Shown: in pieces, positions 23,221 to 36,713 of the stretch
Numbering within the stretch: position 1 is the first letter of the stretch
Layout of the letters: each line of letters begins with the position of its first letter
Assembly: GCF_004010195.1 (NCBI RefSeq)
Contig: NC_057755.1
Location: 8,073,466 to 8,128,648, forward strand
Reading direction: 5' to 3'
Source of the DNA: Chiloscyllium plagiosum
Lineage: Eukaryota
DNA length: 55,183 nucleotides
Notes under the pieces: generated by a model
Databases searched by the model: none
Told to the model about the DNA's origin: nothing
Seen by the model: only the letters and a program-made list of their open reading frames with translations
Program-made: the position numbers and the translations under genes

Positions 23221-25974
23221 TTTTTTAAAATTATTGCAAATACATAAAGTTTTCTTTTTCAGAAATAAAGTATGTACAATTAATAAAGCTGTTCCAATGT
23301 GCATTCTATTTACTTATACTGATCAAATTAACTCTTGAAGTTCACCATTCTGTTTACCTCTTCGCATGTAGCTGAAGCGTTAACAGGTCCGAATTACTGA
23401 ATGCCTCCCTGCTATGCTTTGGCAGAAGGACCTTACACAGTGAGATAATTTTAGATACTGAGAACATCAAGGGTTGAGAGCGAAAGCACGAATTAGGTTT
23501 TGCGATACAAAATCACACACCATTATACTGAGCAGCGGTCAGGTTCAATGGGTTAAATTATCTCCTTCCGTCCCTTTGCTCCCAAATTCCAATCACACAA
23601 TGTTCAGCATTAAGTGAGCTGTCAGCATCCATTGAATGTTAGTTCTTCCCATTGTTGGGTTCCACTATCTGTCAGAAACTCTTCAGTCTCGTTGATCACC
23701 TCATTATGGTGAAAGAGGTGAAAGCCTGAGTGATCAAGAGAGATGGATATTCCACGGGTGGCGTAACCCAATTGGCTTAAGAAGGTGTCCATTATTAAGC
23801 AGAGCCGAACTAAACAGCAATATGTATATGGAATCTGAAATAGCTCTAGTGCATTTTAATATTTATTTTAAAGTCAAACAGTTCAAATTTACAGGCAAGC
23901 ACGATAAACTCCAATACACAAGATTATTTATACAAGGATGCTAACAGCTCTAAGACACAACAATGTAACAAGAGGTGTTATGAAAGGGTGGATGGTCGTT
24001 TGAAGGCAGAGGGTGCTTTTCTGAGCCTTCAGATTTTGAGAACACATGTGCCCTGGGCTGGCTATCTCTATCAAAGTGTGTACAAAGGATTGAAAGCATG
24101 TAGGGTTATTAACATTGGCTTGGTTGTATACTGATGTTAAATCAACCATACCTGAATTTTACTAATTAATTTAAAATATATTTGCTTGCATGACAAAATT
24201 CGACGATTCAGATGATAGAAGCTTTGGGGACATATAATGGAGTGCATCTCGAAAATTGCCCAGAGCTATCTTCCACAAACCTAACTGCACCTCAGAAAAA
24301 AAAGGTTTCAAACAAATCTCTCAGAAAGCTCCACGTATTAAAAGTACCAAGGCATTTCATCGAAAGGTGCTTACATTAAAAAAACAGTGAGGAGAAGAAA
24401 CAGGAGAAGACGGAGGATTAGGGAAGAGCAGTGAAAGACTGAAAAAATCAGAAGGAAAGGCAAGCTGTGTGGACTTTAAGAGATTAAGTATTAATTTACC
24501 ATGATTATAAATTGTGTTATTGCAACAGCATATTAGTAGATTGTGGTCAGTTAAGAAACAGTTGGGAGTGCGGTTTGATGATAGTTTTGTTAGAGTTTTC
24601 ATTGGAAGGTTTAACTGAATAAATAGGTAAAAAGGATTCTGGATTGGTGCTGGAAAAGCACAGCAGTTCAGGCAGCATTCGAGGAACAGGAAAATCGACA
24701 TCTCGGGCAAAAGCCATTCATCAGGACATTGTTACCTGTACTTGATCATGGATATCCCGGATCTTCTTTCATTCATACATGTGACAGTTTACCAGTTGAG
24801 GAGAGCTTCTCTGGGTCTATGGGTTTTAATTATCAGAGGAGTTTGATATCCCCATCGTGACAGACTTGGGGGCTCTTAATCCGAGATTTAAACTGGTTAG
24901 GAGCTCCATTCTGAGATCTGGAGAGTTCGTGTAGGAGATCTAATCGGCTCTGAGCAATATTGCACAGATTCAAACAGACTCAGCGATTAATGTCTTCAAG
25001 CTTTAAATGAAACTTAGGTGAGAAAATCTGGTTAATTTTGGTTTCTTGTGTTTTTTAGATTAACAGTGAGAGACATGGCACTTATAGTCACTGAGTGTTT
25101 TCGAGGAGAGTAAAAGAAATGACTTGAGAGTTTAACCAAATGTGAGCTTGGAAGCGCTGCTGCAATCGGCAGGTAAACAGGAAGTGAGTTTGCCTGTGTA
25201 TGTGAAAAAAAAGATGCCATTTCAGCAATATGTCAACATTTAACTGCCATCATATCGGTTGAAATGGCTAGAATTCAATTCAAATGAAGCAGCTTGAGAT
25301 AGAGGAGAAAGAAAAGGAGAGCGGTTTCTTAAATGAGCAAAAAGGATAGAGAGAGAGAAGAAAGAGAAACATAAATGGGAGAAGGAAGAGAAAAGGAAAA
25401 GGAGTTTGTATTTCTAAAGTTGCAAATTTGTCAGGAAAGTCAATTTAACAGGATGGAGATAAGGATAGAAGCTATTGCTATTGTTATGGACCAGGCCACA
25501 TCCCCCAAATTATTTTAAGAAAGCAGCTGGGACACTAACATTGTTACTTGTTTGAAGAGGTGTACAGTGGATAGACCAAGAGTGATGCAGTTGGCCTAAT
25601 CACTTGGTTTTAAATTAAAAAAAATGCAAGTTACCGGGTGGAATACAAACAAATGGGAACAACATGTACAATAAGTAATCTTTTCTGAAAACAAAACACA
25701 TGATACTAACTGAATGATACAGTTCCAAATACTTCAAATTGCCGTAAGCATCCCTATGCACAAAATAGGAGAGAAAAAAACCCGGCAGAATTCAGAGAGA
25801 GGGAGGATCAGCATAGAATTGCTTCTTGGTTCCAGTCGCTTCACAACGATCAGCAGCCCTTAAAACAATACAAACGAGACTACAGAAAAGTTGAGCTGGG
25901 TGAACTGGCCATTCCCCTTTCATTGGACGAGTTCTTTTAATGTTAAAAGATTCCTAAGTAGAATTGCCACAGAT

Positions 25975-26257
25975 GGGCGGCACGGTGCCACAGTGGTTAG
26001 CACTGTTGCATCACAGTGCCAGACACCCAGGTTCAATTCCCGATTCAAGCGACTTTGCGTGGGTTTCCTCCGGGTGCTCCAGTTTCCTCCCACAGTCACA
26101 AAGATGTGCAGGCCAGGTGAATTGGCCATGCTAAATTGCCCGTAGTGTGAGGTAAAGGGGTAAATGTAGGGGAATGGATAGGTTGCGCTTCGGCGGGTCG
26201 GTGTGGACTTGTTGGGCCGAAAGGCCTGTTTCCTCACGCTAAGTAATCTAATCTAAT
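25975..26257 (+). mobile_element. tRNA-derived SINE inserted in an LTR
   Basis: Close match to 11873-12185 with an internal deletion. Absent from the partner LTR. Confidence 0.9.
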
Positions 26258-28004
26258 ATTCAGAGCCTGTGTATTTACGAATGCATGAAAATAACCTTGT
26301 TAAAAGAGTACCGTCATGACAGCGCTTGAGCCGCCAGAGGATGTGGTGGAGGCAGTTACAATTGCAACATTTAAAGGGCACTTGAATGGATATCTGAATA
26401 GGAAGGGTCTGAAGGTATATGGGCTAGGTGCTGGCAGGTGGGACCAGATTGAGATATCTGGTAGTCATGCACGTGTTGGTCCAAATGGTCTGTTTCAGTT
26501 TTATACATCTCTATGAACTCATCTCTTAAAAATAAAGGAGCAACATGCATCGGTAATCATATATTCTCGTCCTGCCACACACGTCGTTTTCAAATTGAAC
26601 GGCTGTTAAAACAAGCTCCAACTAAATTGTCTGGAATTTTTGACTTGAGTTTCTCTACAAATTTCAATGGAACATGATCAGTGCATATGATTTCTGCAGA
26701 GACATTACTGGCAACATAAACATTGAAATGTCATAACACCAACACCAAGTTCAAAGTGTACTTCTCAATTGTCAAACATTTCTGCTGATTAATGTTCAAT
26801 TTTCTGGATAAATACCCGACAGGTCTTCCTATCTTCTCATTCTTTTCCTATAAGGGTATAGCACCGCCACCCACACCACACGTACCACTCGTACCGATAG
26901 TCACTTTGAAAGGTTTTGTGTAATTATTTGTTGTTAACACTGGGGCAGTGTTGAACACAGTTTTCAGGCTGTCAAATCCCTTCTGACAGTCTGCTGTCCA
27001 CTGAAACTTCTTATCTATTTTTAGTGATTCAATGAGTGAAGCAGCCAACCTGCTAAAATTTGTTCCAAAATTTCGATAAATTCCACTGAATCCCAGGAAT
27101 CCTGGTACTGCTCTTTCTTTTGTCTATGTGATGCGAACCCCCCCAATTACCTTTGCTTTTGCACTCCGTGAGGCCATTTGCCCATGTCCTATAACATAAC
27201 CCAGGAAACTGACTTGCTCTTAGGAAATTTCACTCAGGCATGTTTGTCATCAAAGCTGCTTAACGAAGTTAATCGAGCAATTCTGGTAAACATTGTAAAC
27301 GTTTCTTCCTTTTGTGACCTTGATCATCAAGTCATCTACATATAGAACATCATTGCGCAATCTGCTAATGGCCATATTGGTTACCCTCTGAAGGATGTAT
27401 GGCGCATTTTCATACGAAATCTCAGGACTTTAAAGTGTTACAATCCATTCGGCGTTACAAAAGCTGAAATTGTCTTCATCTTTCGAAGAGATATACCTGC
27501 CAGTATGCCCTGAGCAATTCCAAATTAGAAATATAAGTTGTTTTCTCTCACCTTTCCAAAACGGTTTTCCAAATGCACAATCGAATATTCATTAGCCCTT
27601 GTAATTGCATTGACATTACAAGAGTCTACACGTAACTGTTGAGGACCATAAGGTGTTGGCATCATTACTATGGGTGAGCTCCAGTCACTGTAACTGACTT
27701 CTATTTTGTGATCATGGATTATGTGCTCAATGTCCTTTTTGAAATCTGCCAAATTCAGAGGGCTATGCCGATAAGAATGTTGTTTATTCAGAAGAGCATC
27801 GTCTATACCTTCATCATGCATAATTACATTTATTCTTCCCACCTCATTTTACATTTTTCCACATGTGATATTAGTAATTCTTTCGGTTATTTCGGTTTAA
27901 GTCTGGAAGGTAACTCAATAATGTATCCTAACTTTTGACAAATTACTCGTTGTCCAATTATTTTGAGGAGTACTCAATTCAGACCCTATGAACTTGGTTT
28001 CAGA

Positions 28005-29180
28005 GAAGATAGAATACTACAGTAAGGTACAAACCCTTCTGCCCTTGATCCAACGCCGACCTTTGGAACCAACGTGAGGAATATCTATCTGACACTATTT
28101 TGTTTTCATCCATATATTTATCCAGTGATCATTTAAATGACCTTAAGTTTGGAGAGTCTACGACTGTTGCTGGCAAAGTTTTCCCCAGCCCTCTACTCTT
28201 AGGGCAAAGAAACAACCTCTGACATCTGTCCTTTAACCATCACCCCTCCATTTGAAGCTACGACCCCTCAAGCTGGGCCAGAACCGTGCGAGGAAAACGG
28301 CTCTCACTGTACCCTATATAAGTCACTATTTATCTTACATGTCTCAAATAAACAACCTCTCAACCTTACTCAAACTTAAATAGCTCCGAGTCCCTCGGCC
28401 TTTCCTCATAAAACATTCCCTCCATACCAGGCAACAACCTGGAAAATCTCCTCTGAACCCTTTCTGAAGCTTCCACATTCTTCCCATAAAGCAGTAACCA
28501 GAATTGTACGCAACACTCCAAGGTGTGAATGTACCGGAGTTTTGTCCAGCTGCAGCATGAGCTCCTGGCTTCGAAACTCAATCTCTCTACCAATAAAAGC
28601 TAACATACCATACGGCTTCGTTAAAAAAAAGCTATCAACCTAGGTGGCTGGCTTCAGGGATCGATGCACATTGAATCTGAGATCTCTCTACTCATCCACA
28701 CTACTAAGAATTTTACAATTAAGCCAGTACTCTGCATTCCTGTAGCTCCTTGCAAACTTAATCATCGGACATTGTTTCTGCATTAACCTCTATTTGCCAC
28801 CTCTAAGTCCAGCTCTGCAGCTTATCTATGTCCTTCTGTAACATGCAACATCTTCAGCATTTTCCACAGATCCACCGACCTTAGTTTCTTCCGTGAATTA
28901 CCACAACCATTCTTCTATGCCATCATCCATGTCATTTGTAAAAATGATAAACAGTGGCCACAAAACCTATCCTTATGGTAGATCACAAGTAACTGAACTC
29001 CAGGAAGAACACTTCCATCAAGCATGACTTTCTGTCTTGTTACAGCTAACCAATTTCTGTTCCGACGCACTAAATCAACCCTAATCCCATGCCTTCGTAT
29101 TTTGTGCAGTAGCCTACTATGGGGAAAGTTACCTAACGCCTTACTGAAATCCATATACAACACATCAACCGCGTTAGTTT
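28005..29180 (-). mobile_element. CR1-type LINE, 5'-truncated (RT to 3' end)
   Basis: AVDVLYMDFSKAL..PHSRLLHKI, MLAFIGREIEFRSQELMLQL, CVQFWLLLYGKNVEASERVQRRF. Confidence 0.85.
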
Positions 29181-29793
29181 CTTTGATATTGTGTAATAAT
29201 ACGGCCTCTGAATATCTAATGGATACATCTGTTATTGTAAACAAAGACGGGTTCCTTTTTTTGTTTCAGGTACGATTCCTAATCAATCAAATACGACTCT
29301 TGTAAAAGATTCCTCATATGCAGGAATAATTATCACAGATGCAAGCCCGTGGCTTTCTAATTTCCTGACACGCATGAATTATCTGGAAAAATTCACTGAC
29401 ATTCTCGTGCAGACCAGGCTAACAAAAATGTTTTTGTATTTTAGCTTGATTTTTCCCAAACCAAAATGACTCCCTAATGATAGTTGATGAGTTACACGCT
29501 ACACATTCTTCTATAACCCAGTGGCGACACAACAATTAAAAAAAGTTTCATCTTTCCGCTGTCACATACTTTACTTAATTAAGCTAAATATGGCGGTGCT
29601 GTCATTTATCTCCTCTTGGTTAGTGTCAAACATCTAATCAAACATCTGTTCATTCTACTACTACTTTATTATCTGTACTCTTTGACCTCTCCTGTTTTAA
29701 CTGGTGACTTTGTGACTTCTTTTCTACACAGTCGGAAAGAGTCCGAGAATATGTGTCCTGAATTATGACTTAACAGTATCTCATTAATATTTC

Positions 29794-30323
29794 TGATTTG
29801 GAGATGCCGGTGTTGGACTGGGGTGTACGAAGTTAAAAATCACACAACACTAGGTTATAGTCCACTAGGTTTAATTGGAAGCACAACTAGCTTTAGGAGC
29901 GTCGCTTCTTCATCAGCTGATAGTTGACAGCTCAATCCTAACACACAGAACTTACAGAAAAATTTACAGTGTGATTTAACTAAAATTATGCATTGAAATT
30001 TTGACTGTCTTTTAAGACTTTCATCTGTTTGAATGCCAGGAATGTTTCACTTCTTTCATGTGTAAATCACAAAACATTTTTTAAAAAGCTGCATTCTCAG
30101 GTTAGGTGTTAACAATGGCGATAGCAAAACTATATGTTGAAGGTGTTAGCCCCCTGTGCTCTCTGTCTATGCCATGATGTTTAGATTGATTCTAATCTAA
30201 AAAGTAAGATAACGGAGTTTTACATTAATTCATGCAGTTTTTGAGCTCACAGTTCTCCATGAATGCATGCAGTTTTTAAGCAAAGTGCAATGTAACCCTG
30301 CAAGTACAAATTCACCCCACAAA

Positions 30324-30355
<32 letters not shown>

Positions 30356-30372
30356 AGGCGTTTCTGTGTGTG
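29794..30372 (-). mobile_element. Penelope-like element 3' UTR fragment with a degenerate hammerhead motif and a 9-bp TSD
   Basis: TAATATTTC at 29785-29793 and 30373-30381. High similarity to 35889-36430. (TG)n at the right end. Confidence 0.8.
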
Positions 30373-32641
30373 TAATATTTCCATTGCCTAAATTTCCACT
30401 GGCATTTCAATCAAAATAGGGAGCAGTGTGAATCAGCTAAATCGTTAGGAAGGACAAATAGTATTCCTGGAGCTGAGAGTTTGTCTTGCACTCCTACCAC
30501 GACTTCTCCACTCTTCACAAACACTCTAACCTCACTCTACGTAATTGAGCGCTTCATATCTCACCTTGAATTCCCATTACTCGTACCTTACCTGGCAATA
30601 ATCCTTCAGAAGTACATCTCTCCTCATCTTTGAACATATAAGAATGAAAGCTTCCTGTACCTATTCATATTGTACCCTCTTTACCTACTACTCCTTGTGT
30701 ATGTGAGTAAACATTACTTTCGTATCCATGGTTTAGGAAAATCGGGCAAGACCTCCTCACTCATCCTCTGACTAGGTTATACAGTTTGTTGCAGCTTTCT
30801 AAACTCCACTGGACTATTTTTTTACCACTCGAACAAAATTCACTGGCTTATCCTGTTTTCCTCCATCTGACTTCCCAGTGTTTTTCCTAACCTACCAACA
30901 TTGCGTTTTCATGTGCCCTAATTTATCGTAATGTAAACACTGGAAATTTTTAACTTCTCTTTCCCCTTCAAGCGTTTTCTTTTCACCCTGTAGTTAGTTA
31001 TACTTAAGATCTTTGCCAAGATCTATATTTCATTTTCCATGTCAGAAATCAGTTTTACCCAATTTCTGTCCCTCATAGATTAAAATTGATTTTGGAAGCC
31101 AAACTTTGATTAATAGATCAACTCTGAATCATCAGCAATTTCAGCTGATAATCTTGCTGATTTATCTTCCACATTTTCTCCCTACATCACGAACCAAATT
31201 TTTGAACTCCTCCAAAATAATCACCTCTCGAAGAACGAAACGTTTTCCTTTGTTTCAAATGTTCCTATCCACCTATAAAAATCACTTTGTTAGATCCTTT
31301 CTAAAACTACGTTGGTTTATCCAGGGTCGCTTCTTATCTTCCTGAAAGTTTGTCTGAATGCTTCTGGCATAACCTCATTTGCAGATAAAATGGCTTTCTC
31401 CATCTCTTGAATGTCCCCAGAAATCTCTTTCGACAATGAATATCACAGTAGCTCTATATAAACGTTTTGTTTGGATCAACAAAACCCACGTGGTCACTGA
31501 TTAATTCATTTGTTTAGTCACCTTTTCAGACGACATGAAAGAGGCTACCACATATTTCTCATCAAATGTCGGAAATGCTTAATAGATTTAAACAGTTTCT
31601 CATCAGTCCTTTGTCCCCAAAGGTTTGCTCATCCACTCTCTCTTCTTGACTAAACTGATCTTCAGTTTTCAACTCTCTCTTTTAAGTTGACTTTCCTGTT
31701 GAAGTGCCAAATTCTGAAGTTTGAACTCTCCCTCTTTCTTCCTTTCCTGTGTCTCTTCTGTCTTTCTTTCCCTCTCTCCTTTTGTTGTGGTCATACAATT
31801 CTGTCCATTTCTTTTTGCTACCTTCCCTTGGCTTTCTAATCATCATTCAATGAATTTCATTACTTTTATACTTTCCTCGTCCTTTGTCTCTAACACAAGC
31901 TGATTCATTTTCAATTGAACTTTAGCCATTTCCGAAGATTCTAATAGAGTTTGCAGCTAATGTAAATGCGGAGTTACTGCTGTAATCATCTCTACTTTCG
32001 TCACGACAGGAGGCAGCCACATCTTCATCTTGTCTGTTAAATCCAGTAGATTTGATGTAATCACCTTTTGCAAAATCCCAAAGTCACTTCTTCCACTCCC
32101 AGAAAACTCTTCGTGACTGAAGAAGCTATTGCTATCCCAAGCACTATTTAAACCAACTGAAATAAACACCCAAAACAAAAGAGACTAATACCACAACTCG
32201 CAGTCTTTGTATCCAGCAACCCTAATCCCAAACTTAGAATTATAGTACAAATCATGCAAATAGTCCCCATTTCGTTATGAACCAGGCCAGACCCCGTCAG
32301 AACACTTCAAGGCAGTAGCCTGGACCTTAATTTTACTAATTATTTAAGCAGATATAGAGTACCTATTCTGAGTAATGCAGTTAGTCCAATCACTTAGATT
32401 TAATAGTAACAGAATTTACTTGCAGGATTACTGAATGAGACAGAAACAAAAGAGAATATACTAAATAATAACTTAATTTGTTAAAAACTGAACAGAATAT
32501 CCAGATTTAATGATGATGTTCCAAATCTTTGCAACAATCCCCATAAATGACCCTGTGCCAAAAAAGGAAACGTTCAATACAGGTTCTTACAGGAGAAGTG
32601 TCAGAGAGAGAGAGAGGATAAACATGGACCTGCTTCTTTGA

Positions 32642-32851
32642 GGAGAAAGTGAGGTCTGCAGATGCTGGAGATCAGAGCTGAAAATGTGTTGCTGGAAAAG
32701 TGCAGCAGGTCAGGCAGCATCCAGGGAACAGGACAATCGACGTTTCGGGCATAAGCCCTTCTTCAGGAAGGGCTTATGCCCGAAACGTCGATTCTCCTGT
32801 TCCCTGGATGCTGCCTGACCTGCTGCGCTTTTCCAGCAACACATTTTCAGC
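32642..32851. mobile_element. Short Penelope-derived fold-back insertion (85-bp inverted arms) with a 13-bp TSD
   Basis: Arms 32677-32761 and 32767-32851 with 2 mismatches, loop TTCAG. Flanks CCTGCTTCTTTGA and CCTGTTTCTTTGA. Confidence 0.85.
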
Positions 32852-33149
32852 CCTGTTTCTTTGAATCCAGCAGATTCACAACGACTAGCAGCTCTGAACT
32901 CAAACCATAAAAGACGTGAGACAAGCTGAGCTGGGAGAACTGACCACTCAATTTTCATTGGGAAAAAGTTTATTCCTCCTTCAGATCAACTGCAAACGTT
33001 TAGGAACATGTGTCTTTACGACCTCCTAAAAAAAAAAACGAAATTTCAACCTCGCCTTATTTTAAAAAGCATTATCATTACAATATGTACAACTACGTTA
33101 AAGAATGACCGCATTTTTATGGAAAAGACGTTGAAGCATTTTTCCTTTC

Positions 33150-33770
33150 ATTTCAAACATTGGCTATATTGATTGGTCAGATAATTGTGGGTAATGTTAT
33201 TCCAGAACAAGTTGTGAGGCAGGGCAAGGGAGGTTCTTGCAGCGCTGGTAGATGAGGGATAAAGAGATTTTGAAGATGTCAAATCGGCAACGTTTGAGCC
33301 GACAAAATTGTATCAGATGCGTATGGACAATGGTTCAGAAACATAAAGAAGGTAAACACTTAATGATAATGTCTTAGGGAGAGTGTCTGAACAAAGAGAT
33401 CTTGGAGTGCAGTTTCACAGCTTCTTGAAAGTCGAGTCACAGTAGACAGGAGAATGTATAAAACATTTGGTGTGCTTTCCTTTCTTGATCACAGCATTGA
33501 GTACAGGAGTTGTGTGATCATGTTGCGTCTGTCCAGGACATTGGTTCGGCCACTTTTGAAGAATTATCCGCATTTCTGATCTCCTCCTTATCAAAATAAT
33601 TTTGCGACATTTGAAAGGGTTCAGAAAACCTTTACAATGATGTTGCCAGGGTTGGAGGATTTGAGCTACAGGAAGAGGTTGAATTGGCGAGGCCTTTTCT
33701 TCCTGGAACTTTGGAGGCTGGGGATTGACCTTATGGATGTTTATAAAATCATGAGGAAAATGGACTGGGC
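33150..33770 (+). mobile_element. CR1-type LINE fragment
   Basis: EQRDLGVQ and MMLPGLEDLSYRKRLNWRGLFFLELWRLGIDLMDVYKIMR. Confidence 0.75.
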
Positions 33771-34627
33771 AATAAAACATCGACATCTTGAAGCATACTC
33801 AAGAAAGGAATCAGAAGGAATTCCTAGAAGGGTATTTTCCTAAGGCTTATATCTCAAGGTACAAATGGAGGCCAAAGTAGGTCATTGCCGAGCAGAAATA
33901 GGCAGAATTGCATCAGACGGTGTTCCCAGGAGTATACAGACAGGAAGTATTGAGGGCAACACATTCGTCAAGAGTAAGAGGTCATCTAGGATTGAACAAA
34001 ACTCAGGCAAAGATAGAAGAAAGCGCCCATTGGCCAGGATTTCATACCAATGTGGTTCAATTCTCCATACCTGCAATACGTGCCAGAGGATAGGAAAACC
34101 ACGAGAGAAGCAGATATTTGTTACTGTCCCTCAGAGTGAGGAATAATGTTCATATTATTTGATTTTTGATGTGTCTCAAAATAATGAGGGAGTCCTTGAA
34201 GGATGGGATAGAAGAGTGTGCTGAGTATGTCAGGAGAAAACAACGGAGTTGCAAGTTTTTTTTGCTGCAATATGATTACGTAGGTAGGAATAGAAAGGCA
34301 GCACTAATACTATCGCGGACGAGGTTGAAGTAGGGAATGCCATTCATGTCATTAAAAAAATTAAAAATGTGTACAGTCTTGATCCTCTCAAAGCTGCACA
34401 GCAACAGACTGAAGTGAATGGAAGCTTAAAGAAGACATCGTGGAGTTGAGTCAAACTGAGTAAAGTTCGCCAAATGCGTTAGTTCACAAACATGAAGGTA
34501 CTCAACAATTCTGTGTCGATGGTTCTAAATCGGTGACATGGCCACTTTCAAGGTTTGAAGATTGTTTTGACAAGCCACTCACACAACAAAGTTGTACTTA
34601 ATGTGTTGTTATTGGTACGTATCTTTA

Positions 34628-34860
34628 CGAGTTGAAAAATGTGGTACTGGAAAAACACAATAGGCCAGGCAGCATCCGAGGACCAGGAGAATCGACGTTT
34701 CTGGCATAAGCCCTTCTTCAGGAATAAGGCTGGTGTGCCAAGCAGGCTGAGATAAAAGGTAGGGGGGAGGGTATTTGGGGGAGGAGCGCTGGAAATACGA
34801 TAGGTGGAAGGAGGTGGGGGTGAGGGTGATAGGCCAGAGAGGGGGTGGGGGCGGAAAGGC
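34628..34860 (-). mobile_element. Penelope-like 3' end with a hammerhead-like motif
   Basis: Reverse complement TTCCTGAAGAAGGGCTTATGCCAGAAACGTCGATT. Same family as 2531-3006. Confidence 0.75.
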
Positions 34861-35888
34861 CATGACTTAATGATCGTTAGTTTTTGATGGAAAGATCATT
34901 TGCTACATTTGGCAGATTACGTGATGCAAAACTGATTTTGAAGTTTTGCAAAGACTGAAATCGTGAAGACAGAGGTGACGTTCTTGGGACATAACATCAG
35001 ATATGGAAGGACGACCTCAAGGACCGTGAAATTGAAGGCAATCGAGGAACGTCCAAGATCATCCTCGAACAATGAGGTGCTTCGATTTTTCGGACTGAGA
35101 AGACTCTTCTGGCAGTTTGTCCAAAACTTCAACAGTGTGGTGGCATCACTGATGGATTCACGAAAGAACACAAAATTCCGTTCGGCAGCTCAATGTCAGG
35201 ACCCATTAGAAGTTTTAAATGCTGCATTGTCTATCGTTCCAGTTTTAGACACATCAAACTACTTAAAACCCTTTAGAGTCCTATATACGCCAGTGATACA
35301 GGGGTTGATGCAAGAAGGTGAAGACGGAATTGAAAGGCCAACTGGTAATTAATCAAAGAAATTAAATATTCATCAGGGAAATTATTCCAACGTTGAAACA
35401 GATGTACTGGGTTTAGTATTGGTTTTACAGCATTTCACCATATATATTAAGAATAATCCCTCACAGATGTTTGGAAATACCGACCATCAAGCCCTCACTT
35501 CTTTGGAAAGATTTAAGAATAAAAATTTGAGAGTATTTCGATGGAATCTGCTGTTATAGGTTTTTAATTTCCAAAATCGTACATGTGGAGGCTCGAACTA
35601 ATATTATTGTAGAGGCGTTATTATCGGCTAAAAAGAAAATCAATAACTTTGAACTAGTTCAATGCAAGGTGTAACTAAAGATGCTATGTAATTCGTAATA
35701 ATGGTGTTAAGATTTTTTTGAGGAACAGAAAGATGAAGCCATCTTTACATTATGATTGTTCATTTATTTCTTTAAAACAGAGATGTTATGAATTAATAAG
35801 CAAGAATAGTATCTTTAAAAAAGAGTTTTCTGAAGGGAGAGATTTTGAAATCATGTGTCGGCGAGCTATCAGTGTTAGAGTCATTACT

Positions 35889-36713
35889 AAGTTAAAAATC
35901 ACACAACACCACGTTATAGACCAACAGGTTTAATTGGAAACACACTAGCTTTCGGAGCGATGCTCCTTCATCAGGTGCTTGTGGAGGGCTCGATCATAAC
36001 ACAGACTTTATAGCAAAAATTTGCAGTGTGATTTAACTGAAATCATACATTGAAAAATTGATTGTCTGTTAAGACTTTCATCTGTTAGAATACAGTGATA
36101 GTTTCAATTCTTTCATGTGTAAATCACAAAACACTTTTAAAAAAAATTGCATTCTCGGGTTAGCTGTTAACAGTGGTGATAGCTAGACAATATGTTGAAG
36201 GTGTTAGCCCCCTGTGTTCTCTGTCTATGACCTGATGTTTAGATTGATTCTAATCTAAAAAGTGAGATAACAGAGTTTTACATAAATTCATGCAGTTTAT
36301 GAGCTCAGAGTTCTACATGAATGTATGCAGTTTTTGAGCAAAGTGCTATGTAACTCTGGAAGTACAAATTCACCCCACAAAATATATGTGTGCATGTGGG
36401 TCTTTGTGTGTGTGTGTGTGTATGTGTGTGTCTGTCTGGGGTGGTAGTGCAATGGTGATCACCTGTAATGTGACATGAACCCAAGGTCCCGGTTGAGGCC
36501 CTCCCTATGGGTACCAAACTTAGCTATAAGCCTCTGCTCAGCCACTTTCCTCTGCTGCCTGTGCCGAAGTCCATCCTGGAAGATGGTCACCCGAATGTCC
36601 GAGGCTGAATGACCTGGACCACTGAAGTGTTCCCCAAATGGGAGGGAACCCTCCTACCCTCCTGTCTGTTGATTGTTGAGCGGTGCCCATTCATCCGTTG
36701 TCGTAGTCTTTCA
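35889..36713 (-). mobile_element. Penelope-like element 3' portion (GIY-YIG C-terminus plus UTR) with a 12-bp TSD, inserted in an LTR
   Basis: LRQRMNGHRSTINRQEG..EHFSGPGHSASDIRVTIFQ..AEQRLIAKFGTHREGLNRDLGFMSHYR*. Flanks AGAGTCATTACT and AGAGTCAGTACT. Confidence 0.85.
35942..35978 (-). ncRNA. Minimal type I hammerhead ribozyme motif, apparently intact
   Basis: GCAC-CTGATGA-A-GGAGC-ATC-GCTCC-GAAA-GCTA-GTGT: helix I GCAC/GUGU, 5-bp helix II, palindromic AGCU helix III, CUA triplet. Confidence 0.75.

Larger units (their letters stand above)
25482..33082 (-). mobile_element. Decayed Gmr1-like LTR retrotransposon (inner, nested): LTRs 25482-26321 and 32273-33082
   Basis: Direct repeats starting (T/C)GTTATG.ACCAGGCCA. 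Minus-strand gag with knuckle remnant CLHYDKLGHMKTQC (~30900-30945), integrase Zn finger (~29350-29480), RT (SYSDWSSPIVM, YVDD at ~27330) and RNase H (~26560-27000). Flanks CTAT/ATAT. Confidence 0.82.
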
